From Chlorokybus atmophyticus (Eukaryota; Plantae; Mesostigma and Chlorokybus algae), in assembly GCA_009103225.1 (NCBI GenBank), contig RHPI01000810.1, forward strand, positions 1,105,965 through 1,169,964: DNA of 64,000 bases, given 5' to 3'. Each line of letters opens with the position of its first letter. The stretch's first letter is position 1. Shown here one piece after another: positions 13,421 through 30,501 of this stretch. The notes under the pieces were generated by a model. The model saw nothing but the letters and a program-made list of their open reading frames with translations. It had not been told where the DNA came from and did not search any database. The position numbers and the translations under genes are program-made.

Positions 13421-16206
13421 GAGTGCTTTCGTTGAGGAAATTTGCAGTAGGGAGGTAGTTTGTTGGTTGACTTGTACATATTAGACATAGCATTCAGTTC
13501 TTTATACATGCCTAAGATTGGTGTGGAGTAGCTTGCAATTGCAATATTGGGTTGTTTTGGATACTCACAAACTCACACAGACCAAGGAGTGCTAGCCATA
13601 GCCGCCCGTGGCTCATAGTGCGATGCGCACCGCTGCATCCCCCTAAAAACTCGCCACCAACTCATCGGGCTCTCACGCAGGTGTTTGCAATTGTAACGCC
13701 AGCTTGGTTCAGCACACAGGTGGGCGTGAATAAGGAACCAAACTTCAGGTTTACCAAACTTCAGGTTTACCCCATGTTGCGCTCATTGGTGCTGGCGGTG
13801 AGTCAGAGGGGCTCAGACCACAAACAGACAACACAATAGTCAATGAGAGACCGAAACAATGACCAATCAGACGACACAATTACATTACACGATTACTTAC
13901 CACCCAAGTTCATCTAGACCAAGCTAGGGGAGCTGGTGCTTATGTGCAAGTGCTAAGCAAGGTCGACCGTTAGGCCAGCGGCAGACTGTACATGCACATG
14001 GTCAGCCTATGCAGTGCAGCAGACAGGAGAAAAAGGAAGGTCATCCAACAAGGTGCGTCGTGTTCGGCTTCACAACTGTAAAGCTGCACATGGCCCGATA
14101 TTTGTGGTTTACAAAGAAATGCGATGCAGTATTGTGAAATGCACGACACATGCATTGCTGGTGACATGCATTCACACCAGCTTTCACTTTTCCAACATGA
14201 CCACTGGTATACAAATGCAACGATGGAGTATCGTGTTAGCTTCAATAAGAGAGCACGCCCGCAAAGTAATACCCACACACGACTATTTCACTTGGCCAAC
14301 GATATGGCATAGTGTGGCATAGAAATGTAATTAAAGCACTGCACATACCTTTCAATTGTTGCTCCACTACTACTCGTGCTATCTGCTTCTGATGGATTGT
14401 ATCTTTGAAGCGCAAAGCGCTACACACACCACATGTACATAGGCAAAATGATAAATGATTGATCAGCAGCCATCTTACTAGCTGTGCCACATATTGCTGC
14501 CTTGCATCCCCAAGTTGGTTGAGCCATTGCTGCTTGCAATTGCCTGCCCAATTGCCATTACATTGTACAGCACTTATCAGCATGTGGTTAAGCGAGTATA
14601 TGGCTCCGGGTGTAACATCAACTGCCTCTTGTTGTGCTTGCTATACATCTCTGCCTGTGCACGCATGTTTGTGCTTGACATACCGCGATCTATACCCTAC
14701 ACATGCGAACAACCCTGCGAATGTCATCTGCATACTCAAACCAGTAAGCAAGCAATGCATTATATTAAATCATGACAATCATCATCTTGTTTGTTGTTAT
14801 GTTCACTGTGGATACGATCGACAATGTGACAGGTAATTGACCATGCCTACATACAGACTGAACGGGGTATGGGCTGTAGTGAAGGTAGGTAGCTAGCTTG
14901 TATACCTAGCCCGGTGGTTATCAAACTCTGTGCTTCCGTCTCCGTGTATGTGTGGTTTGCTCATACATAGGGGCTGAGTCATATTTTACACATGCAGTCC
15001 ATGTACACACGGTGACAACGGTGAGATGTATGCTAGTGTGCATGCAATGCTTGAGTGACGTGCATACCGCATGCGTGTGCACAACAGCTCGTCATATATC
15101 ATGTACACATGCACCACAATCACAAGAATGAGTTAAGCAAGCAGGCCATCACAATTACATTACGCGCGGAGCCACGTTACACTATGCTAAGTGATCCTAT
15201 GTGCCATGCAATGCCATGGTGGGTGTATGGGTGAGGCAGGCAGCAGCAGCAGGTACCCTCGTACGAAGTAACCAACCTGAGGCGCACAAGTTTCGCCACA
15301 GCTAGCCCAGTAGAGGTTGGGGTGCATGAAATAGGAAGTAGGCGTGATGTGGTATATGCGTTGTTGTGGCGTGCTTTACGCCCGCCCCCTTCCCCACCAC
15401 TCTCTCGGTCTTGTTGTTGTGCTCCGACGGCGCGATTACGGTGTGATGACTGTCGCGCCAGCGAGTGAAGGCTAGTGAGGCAATAGGCAGCAGGCGTTGT
15501 GTGTCCATCCAGTGCATAACAATAGCAATGGCATAGCAAGGTTATATCACTATGCAAGTCAGTAGGCAGTGAATGTAAGCGTCAACAAAGTACATTGCCA
15601 TACAAGTAAGAGCATAACATAGAATTGCCAGCCCCTATGAGACTGCATGTGTCAAGTATGTCGTGTTGGTCACAATCACCGCACTGCATATATTCTATAT
15701 ACAAGAGGACTGGCTAGAGGACTAATGCAACTCTGAAGGTCTCAGCGCAAGCAGAGATCACAGGGGCTGCGTTGTATTATCAATGACCACGACGACAACA
15801 ACACAACAGCGGGACACGCAAGTGATGATAATGGACGGCTGGAATAGCAGAGCATGTGTTCTTGATGTTGTCACTTTCAGATCCGAGTATTTCATGCAAC
15901 AATGGTAGTGCAGGTGTACCAAAAATGCGCAAGAGAAATGTGTGCTCGCAGTAAGGTCCTTGCAGTGATGTTATATACTATAAAAGCACCTAATGTTGGC
16001 GTTGCTCGGCAAACTGATATGCAGTGTCACATACAAACAAGGAGAGTTGACAGTATCTTGATACTTGCAGCTCGCCTAGCGACAACACACAACTATACTC
16101 CCCATGCAGTAACAGTGCACGAGCAATATGCTGCACACGCCAATAACAACCTAACCCCAACACCGTTCTCTACATTACTAAGGTACAAAACGAAGGTTTG
16201 GACACA

Positions 16207-18952
<2,746 letters not shown>

Positions 18953-19520
18953 GACCACGCCGACAGCGCCCACCTCCTTGCCGCAACCTCCTTGCCGCCG
19001 CTGCCGCTGCCGCCGCCGAAATGCCCTTTCTGCGATACTGGCAGCCGCGGCGTAGCAACTGGCAGTATTCCGGCGTATTCCACTATGGTGCCTTCAGATA
19101 CGTAGAGGTGTAGCCGCGATACCAAAGTATCTGAAGTCATCTCCGTACAATCCAGTACGGGAAGTGTCTGCCAGGCGGCGGCAGCGACGGAGGCGCAGGC
19201 GGAGGCGGAGGCGGAGGCGTGGTGGTTTACAGCAATTGCTTGACAGCGTGGTCAAGACAGCGAGAAGCCTGTTTGGCGCTGGGGGAGACAAGCCAGGCTC
19301 CAGGTAAGCTTGCACCGCACAGCGTTCAATCAGCACAACCCCAAAGCGGAGACTTATCCTTGTTTGAAGCTCGATCAGGTTGATGTCTCTCATCACTTCT
19401 TGTCGATGGTTTTGTTTCTTACTTGTAAGCTGGCTGTGTTCCTCATCTTCAGTGTGCATGACAGTGCAGCTTGTGGGAGCGATTCGGCGCAGTTGCTGCT
19501 GCTAAGCAAGCCGCAGCACA

Positions 19521-21826
19521 ATGTCGGCGGCTGCGGTGGCTGCGGCGGCAGCTTCCAACGAGCAGGAGCAACACAAGGGCAGAGTCAGCGAGGTTAGAGT
19601 CAGTATCCTTAAAAACGGAAAATGGAATGGAATTCATGACTCCTCTCATGTGCTTGGTTGGTCATCGTAGTTAGTGGTTACAAGTTACGCTGTCAATTGT
19701 AGAACTTTCTATACTCACTATGACATCATCAGCTTTGTTGCAAGGGTTTTTTATGTTTATTACTTTTGACTCAAACTGTTGTGTCCTGCATGTTACGGCT
19801 GCCTTCTTCTTCATCTTCCCGTTTCTTGTTTTGGTTGTGCCCTGTTTCAGACAAGCGACACATGGTGGAAGTCTGTTTGGTTGCTTAACTTTAATGTTAG
19901 TTGCCACAAGCATTGTGTTGTTTGCTTGTTACCCTTAACCGGCGACCAGAGCGTTACTGGCCGGGAAAGGCGCCAGATTGGGCCGGTGACGAGTCAGATG
20001 AAGAGCCAGGTGAGCTTATGGTTGTGTAGTTAGCTCAGGCAGCATGCAACTTAGAATTTATGCATGGAGTTGTTAAAATTGCCACGAGTGTCCAACTCTA
20101 ACACATGTGAGCTCACTGAACAACTGCTGTGCAGAGGCTTTGGCTCCCCAGCAAAAAGCAGAGGCTCCAGGCTATGACAGGTGAGCCTGGCATTTCTGCT
20201 GGCAGCACTTCGCACTACACACTACAAACTGCACATCCCAAGTCTTTTCCTTCGTATGACACTCATGTCACACCTGCTACTGGCATTGCAGGAAGGATGC
20301 ACGGTTGGAACGCATCGCGGAGAGCAGGAAAGAACGCCAGGATGCTATTGCAAGGCACAGAGAAATTCGTGCTGCAGAGGTATGGACATGTACTTTACCC
20401 TAGTGAAATACACACGACTGCTGATTGTTAACACACTACCTTGGCCTTGCGCAGGTTATCTCCACAGAAGCTCGTGAGGAAGCCGAAGCCGAGTTGAGAG
20501 CTGCGCAAGCAGAGCGCTCGCAACCCGCTGCTGAAGAAGATGAGGACGAGGACACAGTAGAAGCCAGGAGAGCGCGCGCTAGGGAAAGGCAAGTCCTTTC
20601 TCTTGCATGAATGTCAGACTGGGTTGAGCTGCTGAGCTATTATGTGACAATATATACAATTGCAGGTATTTGCAGCAAAAGCGGCAGGAGGCAGAGCTGC
20701 TTGCTACTGCGGGAGCTGAGGAAGAGGACGAGGCGGAGGAGGAGGAAGAGGAGTCAGAGTATGAAACAGACTCTTCAGAAGAAAATGAGCGGCTACTGGT
20801 CAGACGGCTGTAACTCAATGTGTCTTGCATCAGTTGGTCTGCTTGCGACCTGATACAAGTGTCCACTTGCAGGTGAAGCCAGTTTTTGTACCAAAAGCAG
20901 AGAGGGAAACTATTGCTGAGCGAGAAAAGTTTGAGGCTGAAGAGAGGGAGCGGTTGCAAAAAGAAAAGGAGTTGGCCCTGAAACGCAAGGTCAGTTGCTT
21001 GGAGTACAGTATTCAATGATCTGTGCATACCTATACACTACCAAGTGCCAGTGAAAAGTTGTCAATTGCATTGTTAATTCAACTTGCAATCACTGTGCAA
21101 CAGGAAGAAACGCGCACGATTGTTGTGGAGATTGCAAGGCAGGAGGCGGAGGCAGCAGCTAATGCCACCGCACGGGAAGCAACATTGTCAGATGTTGACA
21201 CAGATGATGAGGCAAATGAAGCTGAGGAATATGAGCTGTGGAAGGTGAGCAAAGTACCTTAGCCTCATTGGTAGGTACTGTGTGGGGTCATGGGTTCTCA
21301 CACGCCCTCTACCACACATCAGGTACGGGAGATGGCTAGGATCAAACGGTTTCGCGAGGAGAGGGAGCGTTTGCAGCGAGAGCAGGAGGAGGTGGAGAAG
21401 CTGCGCAACATGACCGAGGAGCAGAGACGAGAATATGAGCGCAAGAATCCCAAGCAGGGGCTCGTCACAGCACAGCGCAAGAAGTGGAAGTTCCTGCAGA
21501 AGTATTACCACAAGGGCGCCTTCTTCCAGGAGGACGCCGATGACACAGCCGGCACTGCTGGCACAGCTGAGATATTCAAGCGGGACTTCTCGGATGCCAC
21601 GGGCGAGGACAGGATGGACAAGTCCATCCTGCCCAAGGTCATGCAGGTGAAGCACTTTGGCCGCAGCGGGCGTACAAAGTGGACACATCTTGTCGCGGAA
21701 GACACCACGTCGTGGGACAACCCGTGGACATTCAATGACCCCCTACGACAAAAGTATACGAACAAGATGGCTGGCATGAAGAACGCGTTTGACAAACCCA
21801 AAGGCAAGAAGTTGTCTCCCCGCTAG
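19521..21826 (+). CDS. MFAP1: Microfibrillar-associated protein 1 (spliceosomal B-complex factor, Spp381 family)
   Basis: V|KRYWPGKAPDW; acidic tracts; KPVFVPKAERETI; EEYELWK|VREMARIKR; WKFLQKYYHKGAFF; DKSILPKVMQVKHFGRSGRTKWTHLV. GC donor at 20589. Confidence 0.95.
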
Positions 21827-22042
21827 ACCATGCAAGATGCCAGCATGCGGCTGCATGTAATGCAGAGGTAATCGTTGCTCATGACAGTTGCAGCTATAGC
21901 AAAGCCAATGCACGTTGGCAGTGACAGTTGCGCTGTTTGTTTTTCGCACAGCATGCATGCCACAGCCTTCGTACAACAATTTTGCAATACTTGCAAAATG
22001 ATTTTGATGTTGACTCAAGGCTGACTGTATGAAGCAGCAAAT

Positions 22043-22307
22043 NNNNNNNNNNNNNNNNNNNNNNNNNNNNNNNNNNNNNNNNNNNNNNNNNNNNNNNNNN
22101 NNNNNNNNNNNNNNNNNNNNNNNNNNNNNNNNNNNNNNNNNNNNNNNNNNNNNNNNNNNNNNNNNNNNNNNNNNNNNNNNNNNNNNNNNNNNNNNNNNNN
22201 NNNNNNNNNNNNNNNNNNNNNNNNNNNNNNNNNNNNNNNNNNNNNNNNNNNNNNNNNNNNNNNNNNNNNNNNNNNNNNNNNNNNNNNNNNNNNNNNNNNN
22301 NNNNNNN
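22043..22307. other. Assembly gap (265 N) followed by a G-run
   Basis: Direct observation. Confidence 0.99.
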
Positions 22308-23701
22308 GGGGGAGGGGGGCCATGCATGCATAGCACGCCCATGCATGAGCTCAGCATTATAGCGCTAGTCGGCAACAGCTGGCTGCAACGTGTCAGTAGC
22401 ACAAGCAGCTGTAAGGAGTGATGTCACATTGTACTGCGCAGCGTGAACAGCAGACAGAAGTCCTCTTTGGCTCGGGAGCGTGTTTATTGCACTTTTGTGC
22501 GTAGTCATGTTTGCAAGTATCCAGCAGCACGTCTGTGAAGCTGCAGTTTGCAATCTGCAGCACAGCTGCTGAGTTGCAGTCTGAAGCCTGCTGGGCCGTG
22601 TCGTCTCCTCTATTCCACGGGCTGTCATAAGCAGCAGACAGGACTGCTGGCACCATGAACATGGTGTTGTCCAAGCCAAGACCCTGTGGTTGAATAAGAT
22701 TGTGCTGTATGCAAGGCAGGTGGTGACAGGCCTACCCACTAACACTGAAAAATGATCGAACCCTCCTCAATCTCATGGGATGATGACAGCCACATCGCAT
22801 GTCTGCGTTCTTGGTCCAATTACTACCGATAACACACCGCGGACCACCGTGGCGGTCGGTGCAAGTGATGATGGGTCGACCGACGGTCGGTCACCAACAG
22901 TGAAGAGGCTGAAAGTCCTGCTGCAACAGGCCTGATCAGTTCTGTTCAGTGTTGCTCAGCCACTAATGAGACCGATACCTGCCACCGACGCCTGCAGCCC
23001 TTCGGTCTAGGCCCGCTTCATACGCTGACTACGCAAAGCCGCCAGTACATATGTACCTGGCATGTACAAAACACCGTGCCGCAGCCCGTACAGCGGTATG
23101 TTGTGCTACGTTGCTCCATGCCGGGTTGCAATGTAGTTGCAATGTGGTTGATCTGATGTTATATCTCGCTTCAAGGAGTTGCTGGGCAAGCACACCATGA
23201 CAGTTTTATGGTGAACTTGTCCAGCAACTCCAACCTGCCGACCGACCGACTGGTAACACTGACCGGCCGACGCAAAAGCCACCCCCCATGTACGCATTGG
23301 ATCAACCACTTGCTGTCGCGCTGCACGGTACTTACACTGTTCTTGCATGGTCTGGCCCAGGACTCCTGGAGCTTCATGCGACAGGCTCGCTTGCTTGGCT
23401 CAGCAGCTTGCTGCGGCGGGTCCGACAAGGCCACGCCAGTACGAAAAGGCCGCGCGCAGTTTCACAGCCAGCCACCAGCCGGCCTCGCGTTGCCATCGCC
23501 TTGCTTCAACGAATGGCAAGGCGATGGCAACGCACGAGGAAAAGGGCAGAGATCTTGTGGAGAACAATCCCCCGGCATGCTGCGGCTCAGTCAGAGGACA
23601 TGTAAGCTTGAACACATGCCTGAGTATCAAACGGCAGGTTTGGGTTGTGTTGCGTCGCCTGTGAGGCTGTGTTGTTGTGTATATGTACTTAGCTTGCAAG
23701 C

Positions 23702-26550
23702 ATGGCTCCTTCTGTCGGCTCTACAACCCTCTGCTTCCTCCTTCTCTTCCTTGCCGTCGCCACCAGGCCCTTGGCCAATGGTGCGACCGATGCACTGTCC
23801 TTGCTTGTGTCGTGTTGGGCTCACTGTTCTCCCTTGCTTGCTGGCTGTTGGTTTCCTTTGCATGGGTACCTGTGCGCATGTCGCTGCCATGGCAGTTTGT
23901 CTCAACTGACAGCTGCTTTCGGTGTGGGTGGGTGGGTGTCTCCCAGCGCAAACCTGGCCACCGTCGGAGGATTACGCCACCATCATTGGGCGCGTGTACT
24001 GCGACGCCTGCCAGAACGGCCGCTACGACCCCGGCACCGACTACCCACGCAGCAACGCCGAGGTGCGCACACACTGTCACGACAATATTCAATGTTGGCA
24101 TGTGAATCAACACCACCACAACCGACACAGGTGCTTCTCCAGTGCGAATTCTTAATTAAACAAGACTACGGGGACAACAGCTACCTCATTGTGACCAATG
24201 TGACGACCTTCACAAACACCGAGGGTCGGTTCAACTTCACGCACCTCGCCGACACAGTGGAGTCCACCGCCGAGCAAGGTAACGAATAGTATGTTGTGTC
24301 CACCCATCTATCCACGCATGACATGCAACTTTGCTTGTAAGTGTGACATCTGCGTGCATAAGCATGAGTACGGGTATGTATGTGTAGTCACACACGCTCA
24401 TTAACGCGTGTGCATGTGTACACATACGGGTATATGTGTACATGTGTTGCGCCGTTTGTGTATTCGTGCGCTTGCACACACACATCAACTAGTTTGTTGT
24501 CAACTCCTTGCAGGATACTCTGATTCGTCATGCTCGGTCTCGGTCATCCGCATGGCTTCGCGCTGCAATGCTCCGTTGTTTTTGTCTGATACAGCCTGCA
24601 ACAACCCGCGCTATAAAGATCTAAAAGGTCTCCGCAAAGGGAAAACGTACAATGCCGACGTGTGCTTTGCTCCAGTCCCCACACCAAAGAAGTGCAACAC
24701 CAACACAGCCACAGGTCGACGCTGATCATCATCATCATACCCAGTTAGGGTTTGCTGTTGGTGCTTACCTGTGCGTATGCGCACGCGTGTGTGTGTGTGT
24801 GTGTGTGTGCTCCTATCAAGATTTGCCATTGGTTTTTACTGGTGTGTGCGTGTCTGTGCCCGCGCATGCGTGTGTGCATGTGTGCACGCGGTTGTGTGCG
24901 CCCACATACCTTGTTTGCATCCGCAGGGTGTGCGCGCAGCCTGGTGAGCGTCGTGCAATCCAAGGATGCTACCGATCGCATCATTTATGCCATAAAGAAC
25001 ATCTCTCTCAGCAACGAACCCGAGAGCAACCTGTACACCCACGTGACCAGAGCGATACCCGATAGCGATGTTGCGCAGACGGGTCCAGTCCAAGTCATCA
25101 AGGGTGCGCATCCTCGTGTGTGCATGTGTGTGCATGTGCACATGTGCACGGGTGTACAGGCTGCTCGGTTGCGTACTACATATGCAGTTTGCATGCGCAC
25201 TCCATCTCTGCTTGTGTGTGTGTGTGTTTCAGACAGACTCTACTGGACGGAGGGTTCGGTTTCATACGCAGATTACCCTCACACCGAGACCGAGCGTGTG
25301 TTCACAATCTCAGCGACCAACACATCCCGCGAGGCACAGCCGGCATCTCCAGTCTTCAAAACAGTCGAAGATAACTACTTTGGTCCTGTCAAAAGCTTCG
25401 TGTTTTATGGCAAGTGTCCATGCTCGTCAACCAGCACAACTGTCCTGTGAAGTGTGATACGCGTAGGGTATGAACATGTGGGTGTGTGCAGATGGTGAAC
25501 GCCAGTTTGTTCTGTGGTGGAACTCGACCAAGGTTTTCAGCACCAACGCCAACTGGCGAGCGACCCCGTCGCTGCTGTACACGCTGACCGACGCGCCCGC
25601 AGATGACGTCGCACGCCACAGCATCAAGGCAGCAACAGTAGACGACTCAGGTGCAGTAGATGACTCGGGTGCCTGATTCCCTAATATTGAAGGCATATGC
25701 GCACGCACACGCACACATTGACCCCACTACTGATCTGTTGCCATGCAGTTTTGCCCAACGTTGCGTACTGGTTGGAGTACATCACGTACTACAGCAGCAA
25801 GCCGGACACGTTCTCACTCAAGCGCGGGTTGCTGAATGCCAGCAAGACGAGACTGACCAACATAAAGACCTTCGTGCTGTTCAGGCGATCCTCTAGTTTG
25901 CTCTTCAGTTTGCTCTTCACCATGGGCCTGCACGTGGACTCCGGTGAGTGTTGCTTGTGTGCAGGTGTGTCGTTGTTGTGCGCGTGATGATGAGGTTGGT
26001 GTTATTGTCGTTGTCGCAGTTCATGGACGGCTCTACATTGGATACATAACCCGCGCCGAACAGTCCATCATAGCTGTTCGCAACATCCGCACGGCTGGGC
26101 TTGAGGCCATTGCGACGAAGCGAATCGGTGCATTCGTAGACAACTTCTGCATTGACAAATACGCCGGTGAGATTGAGATTATAGCTTGTGCATCTGTCGG
26201 TGCACACTTGATTGTATCTCTATTTGCTGTGTGCGCACTCGCATGTAAGCATGTACATGAGCGTGTGCATGTGCGAAAGGGTCTTTGCGTGATTGAGCCC
26301 ACGCGCGTGTGCCTGTGCGTGCGTGTGTTTATTGTGCTTGACCCCAAGTTGTATGCAGATCCACCAGTAATGTACGGCAGCACAGATGCTATCTCTTCTT
26401 CTGTTGAAAGATATGATGTGAATCCATACAAGGCCATTTTCAAGCTGGAACTGGACTTGTCCAACAACACGCACCCGTTGCTTCTTGCTGGCAATCCGCA
26501 GTACATTGGCCCCGTTTCACCATCTGTAGATAATATTGACATACTATACG
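23702..26550 (+). CDS. Secreted multi-exon protein: Pollen Ole e 1-like domain plus beta-rich (propeller-like) region; 3' end uncertain
   Basis: Signal peptide MAPSVGSTTLCFLLLFLAVA; IIGRVYCDACQ...E|VLLQC...TNTEGRFNF...CSVSVIRMASRC (Ole e 1 Cys pattern). Later exons DRLYWTEG, VAYWLE, GRLYIG. Many N-x-S/T sequons. Exons join with GT-AG sites up to IDILY|G at 26550. Confidence 0.7.
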
Positions 26551-27025
26551 GTGAGTGCTAACTCTATATATATGCCCTATATATATGCTCTCTATATATA
26601 GATGTAATTTAACAGTGGTGTTCCATGTAAAAGCTATACAACCACCCGTAAGGCAGGATGCAAAACAAAAACCTCCTATTCATTCCAAAACTCCGAGTCG
26701 GTTCCCCCTTTGCCCTTTTGAACACTTACACAGTGTGCGGCGCACGGCAACCCTTACATGTTGCACCACAGCCACAGGTGGTGGTTGTGTACAGGTAATG
26801 ACGCATGCATGTTGACTAACGGGGCAAGGGCAATAGCGAAGCTAGATAGCTGAGGTTGTATAGGCAGCCCGGTGGTAAAACAAGTTGTTGCCATATTGGA
26901 CTGTGCTTGTGCTTGCGTATGTAACAAGGCCGTGCAATGGTGAGTCACATGCACACCATTGCATATATTCTACACATATGGACACCACGCACAGCGTGAG
27001 AGAGTTTTAAATGGCCGGCGCTTAC

Positions 27026-28530
27026 CATACAATATGTCAATAGCTACATCATAACCCACTCGGCCCCGGTACAACGAGTTGCCATCGGCGAGCGTGGGCC
27101 GCATGGTGTGGTTGCACAGATTCAGCTGCAGCGTATAGATGGCAGCCACACTGATTCAATTATTTTATGATGATCATCGAATATGCCGGGACGGTCAACG
27201 TGCGTCAACGTGCTGCTGTAAGGGATTGGTGGGTCTGCACAGAAGTTGAAACGCTATGTGAAATACACACGCGCGCAGCATGAGATTTACACTTTCACAC
27301 ACCCACGCAAGCATGCGCGCGCGCTCGCAGATACATCCTCACATGCACGAAGAAATGCATACCTGGGCACGCACATGCTCGCACCAACGTCATCACGATG
27401 AGTGAGTATGCACATGCTTACGTCCATAAGCGCACACACCCATGACTTACACGCGCATGAACCCACTCGCTCAGCCTGCTTTGGTGTGCATCATCTTACC
27501 AGCATACATGTCGACGGGAGTTGTAGAAGATCGTGCCGAGCGGCTTTGTCACGAGGCGTCAATGCTTAGACGTGCGGGTGTTGCGCATAGTCACGATGAA
27601 CCCGTCACTGTTCACTGAACGTGACGTACCCAACATAGAGCCGTCCGTGAACTGCGACAGCCGCCACTAATCACGTCATCATGCACGCAGTACTCACCAA
27701 AGTCCAGCTGCATGTCGAGCAGCAAACAGGCGGCAGTTTTGCATCTGAACAGCTTGTACGTCTGTCAGTTGGTCAGCCGCGTCTTGTTGGCATACAGCCA
27801 CCGGCCCTCGAGTGTGTACGAGTGCAGTCTGCTGCTCGTAGTGATGTGCTCCACCCAATAATCTGTAGCTTTGTAATGGGGGGGCTGCGCCTTGCGGGAT
27901 GTGTGCATCGCCGAGATCAAACACAAACACGCGCTCGGTCTTGGGTAAGGGTAAGGGTAAGGGTAAGGGCCCGGGTCTACAACTACGTGTAGTCCAAAAA
28001 CACTCCGTCCAGTGCAGGTTAACTGACACGGACATACGTAAGCACGCACGCACACGCACAGACATACATGCACGCGCGCGTACCACAACAAGCAGCTCTT
28101 TCAATAAGCAGTTGTGCATGCGTGACTGCAGCTGCAGCAAGGGGTGCGCATCGTTGATGACCCACTGCAACGGGTGTCGGTTCGAACACCACTCACCAAA
28201 CTGCGCGCACACCCACCTGCCGATGCAAGCAAGGTAATGCACACACGTGCACGCACATGCACACACGTGCGCGCGCGCTCAGACAGACACGTGCTCGTAC
28301 GCACATGCACGCATGCGTACGCGCGCATACCCACACACTGATGCTTGGCAGTGACCTTCAGCTGTGGTCGTGGCGCATCGTTTTGGTGTGCGTATGTCAG
28401 TAAAGCACACGTCGGCGTTGTATGTGCGTGCTCGCGTGGAGGGCTCCAAGATGGTCGCGCGGGTTGTTGCAACGCGCAGCCGTACGTGTGACAGTCACTA
28501 GCAGTGCAAGACAGACGCTCTGTGAGGTGG
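27026..28530 (-). pseudogene. Inverted, decayed paralog of the 23.7-26.6 kb secreted protein
   Basis: Exon-by-exon homology: tgcaacaacccgcgc/tacaacgccgacgtgtgcttt; GCARSLVS; LHWTE..TERVF; SAMHTSRKAQP; YWVEHIT..ANKTRLTN; ttcacggacggctcta; AIYTLQLNL..IDILY|gt. Contains a frameshift, in-frame TGA stops and a (TTACCC)4 expansion. Confidence 0.85.
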
Positions 28531-30501
28531 TCATAACCATTTGTCTGGTTGGGTGTGTAAGCACACGCGGATGTAAAGGTCAACATACAGCGTACACACC
28601 ATTGGGCATACCCGTGCGCACGCACACACACACACATGCAGGCGCTTCTGCACAATGAAACACGTGTGTGCATGTGTGTACAATCACAACCAACGACGCA
28701 TGCCATGCATGGACCGGTGGGTGGGTGGGAACACAGCAATGGTCAATTACCATACAACATCGACGAGTTGAGTTTTGAGCATCTACAACACTATCTATCG
28801 TGGGCGCTGTCACACGAGTTCACTTTGCTCTCACCATTACAGCTTTGTTACATGCTTTGTACTCTTTAATAGCTGTCTTTATAACACATATCCACCAGCT
28901 ACACACCCGCAATACTATTACAAAACATGCTTGCCGCATACCCGGAGTACGCACAACAGTCACATGTAACCCACCTCGCATTTAACTATGTGCCTACTTC
29001 CATAAGGGATGCTCCCAATCCTTGGACGCAAAATGTACTTCGCATTTACGCACGACAATTCGCACCTGATGGAACACAAACAACCACATGATGCCCACAT
29101 ATAGCACACATCGTGAGAACACATGACAGCGTAGATATTGTATGTAGACTTGTCGGGGTTTCATGCAGTAATTGTCACCACTTCAGCCCAAGTTGCCATT
29201 AGATTCATATATGCAATGAGGGTATGTACAACGACTGATTGCGAACCCAACTTTCCCTAAACTCTTCATGTCATTCCCCAATCAATACAAAAAATGTTGA
29301 CACAGACCATGCAGTAGTGTCATGTACTTTTCAGTATCAGCACCCCTCCACTCAATACCAAGAGGCGAGAGGCGCACTGGTGGTCTGCTACGTGCACTGC
29401 CTCAGGCGCTTGCGCCGACCCTGAGGCTTTCTCTGGTTCCGTGGAAGGTCCTACTTGTGTGTTTGTGCTAGGCTGTGCTAGTGGACTGTTCAGGCAGCGC
29501 GTGTGCATGCATGTCCAACAACATATTTCTAAGCATGCTTGAAGGGCATGCGGGCCTTTTTATGATATATATACGTGCATGCATGCATGCATCTCAGATA
29601 TCTATCACAGTAGTGCTGTACTGCTGTGACTAACGCATGCATAGGGTGCATGTAGTTGGGTGCACATTGTATGCATGCACGCCAATATGCAGACTTGTGC
29701 CATGGCGTGCATGTACGCGTGCGTGTTGACGAATAGGTGAATATGCAACAAAGACTGGAGTGATGTGCAGCATTGGTGGTTCAATGAACAGGCGTTCTCC
29801 GTTCATTCAGCTGTCAATGCTGCACGCTGCTTCATCGCAATCAGAGACATTATCAATAGTGCACCATGCCTCAAAGACTTAAAACTTGCAGATGCGGAGT
29901 TGCTACAAATGCAAGCAATTATCATCGCAACCTCTGTCACTAGCAAGCCACTCCGCGAGGTTCAATACAAAAAGTCATTGTCAAAACAATATACAATATA
30001 CAATTTTGAGTGTATTGACATAACCATTATGCTTTTGTCAATGCCAACTTTGCATAAAGAATGCACGTTTTTTAATGCAATGCAATTGGTTAACTCGACA
30101 AGCTTGAGTCGACAAGTGTAATATCGGCGCCTTCACCACTAGGCTATAGCAGCAAAAGTCGCTGTCATAGGACGAGCCACATGCTATATAACCATGTCCC
30201 ATACCATGGTATGACAGCTCAAGTTAAGCAACTTTCGTGTGTACTTGCAAGTAAACATGCGATAGAATTGTGCGCTTTGTAATAGCATTTTACGATGGCT
30301 ATGTGCATTACATATTTTAAGATGTTGAACATATTTACAGTGGCAGCCATTGAATGTTATTAGCTTCACTTATATCATTATAAAGTTATATGAAGATCAC
30401 ATATAAAGCAATTATGGCATCATTATCAAGTTTAAAACTTGTTACAAAACATACTAAAATACATCAGCTAAACCGAGTGACCAGTCAAGGGCTATGTATT
30501 A

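Noticed and set aside
13500-16200. Short ORFs between TFIIF-beta and DAHP synthase
   Set aside because: No recognisable motifs or consistent exon chain. Left unannotated.
22700-23690. Possible degenerate retroelement or gene upstream of the secreted protein (ORF 23208-23909)
   Set aside because: I found no convincing RT, RLE or other motif in any frame.
27942-27968. (GGGTAA)n as an interstitial telomere
   Set aside because: It does not match TTAGGG or TTTAGGG. It is an expansion of a TTACCC present once in the intact paralog's exon.
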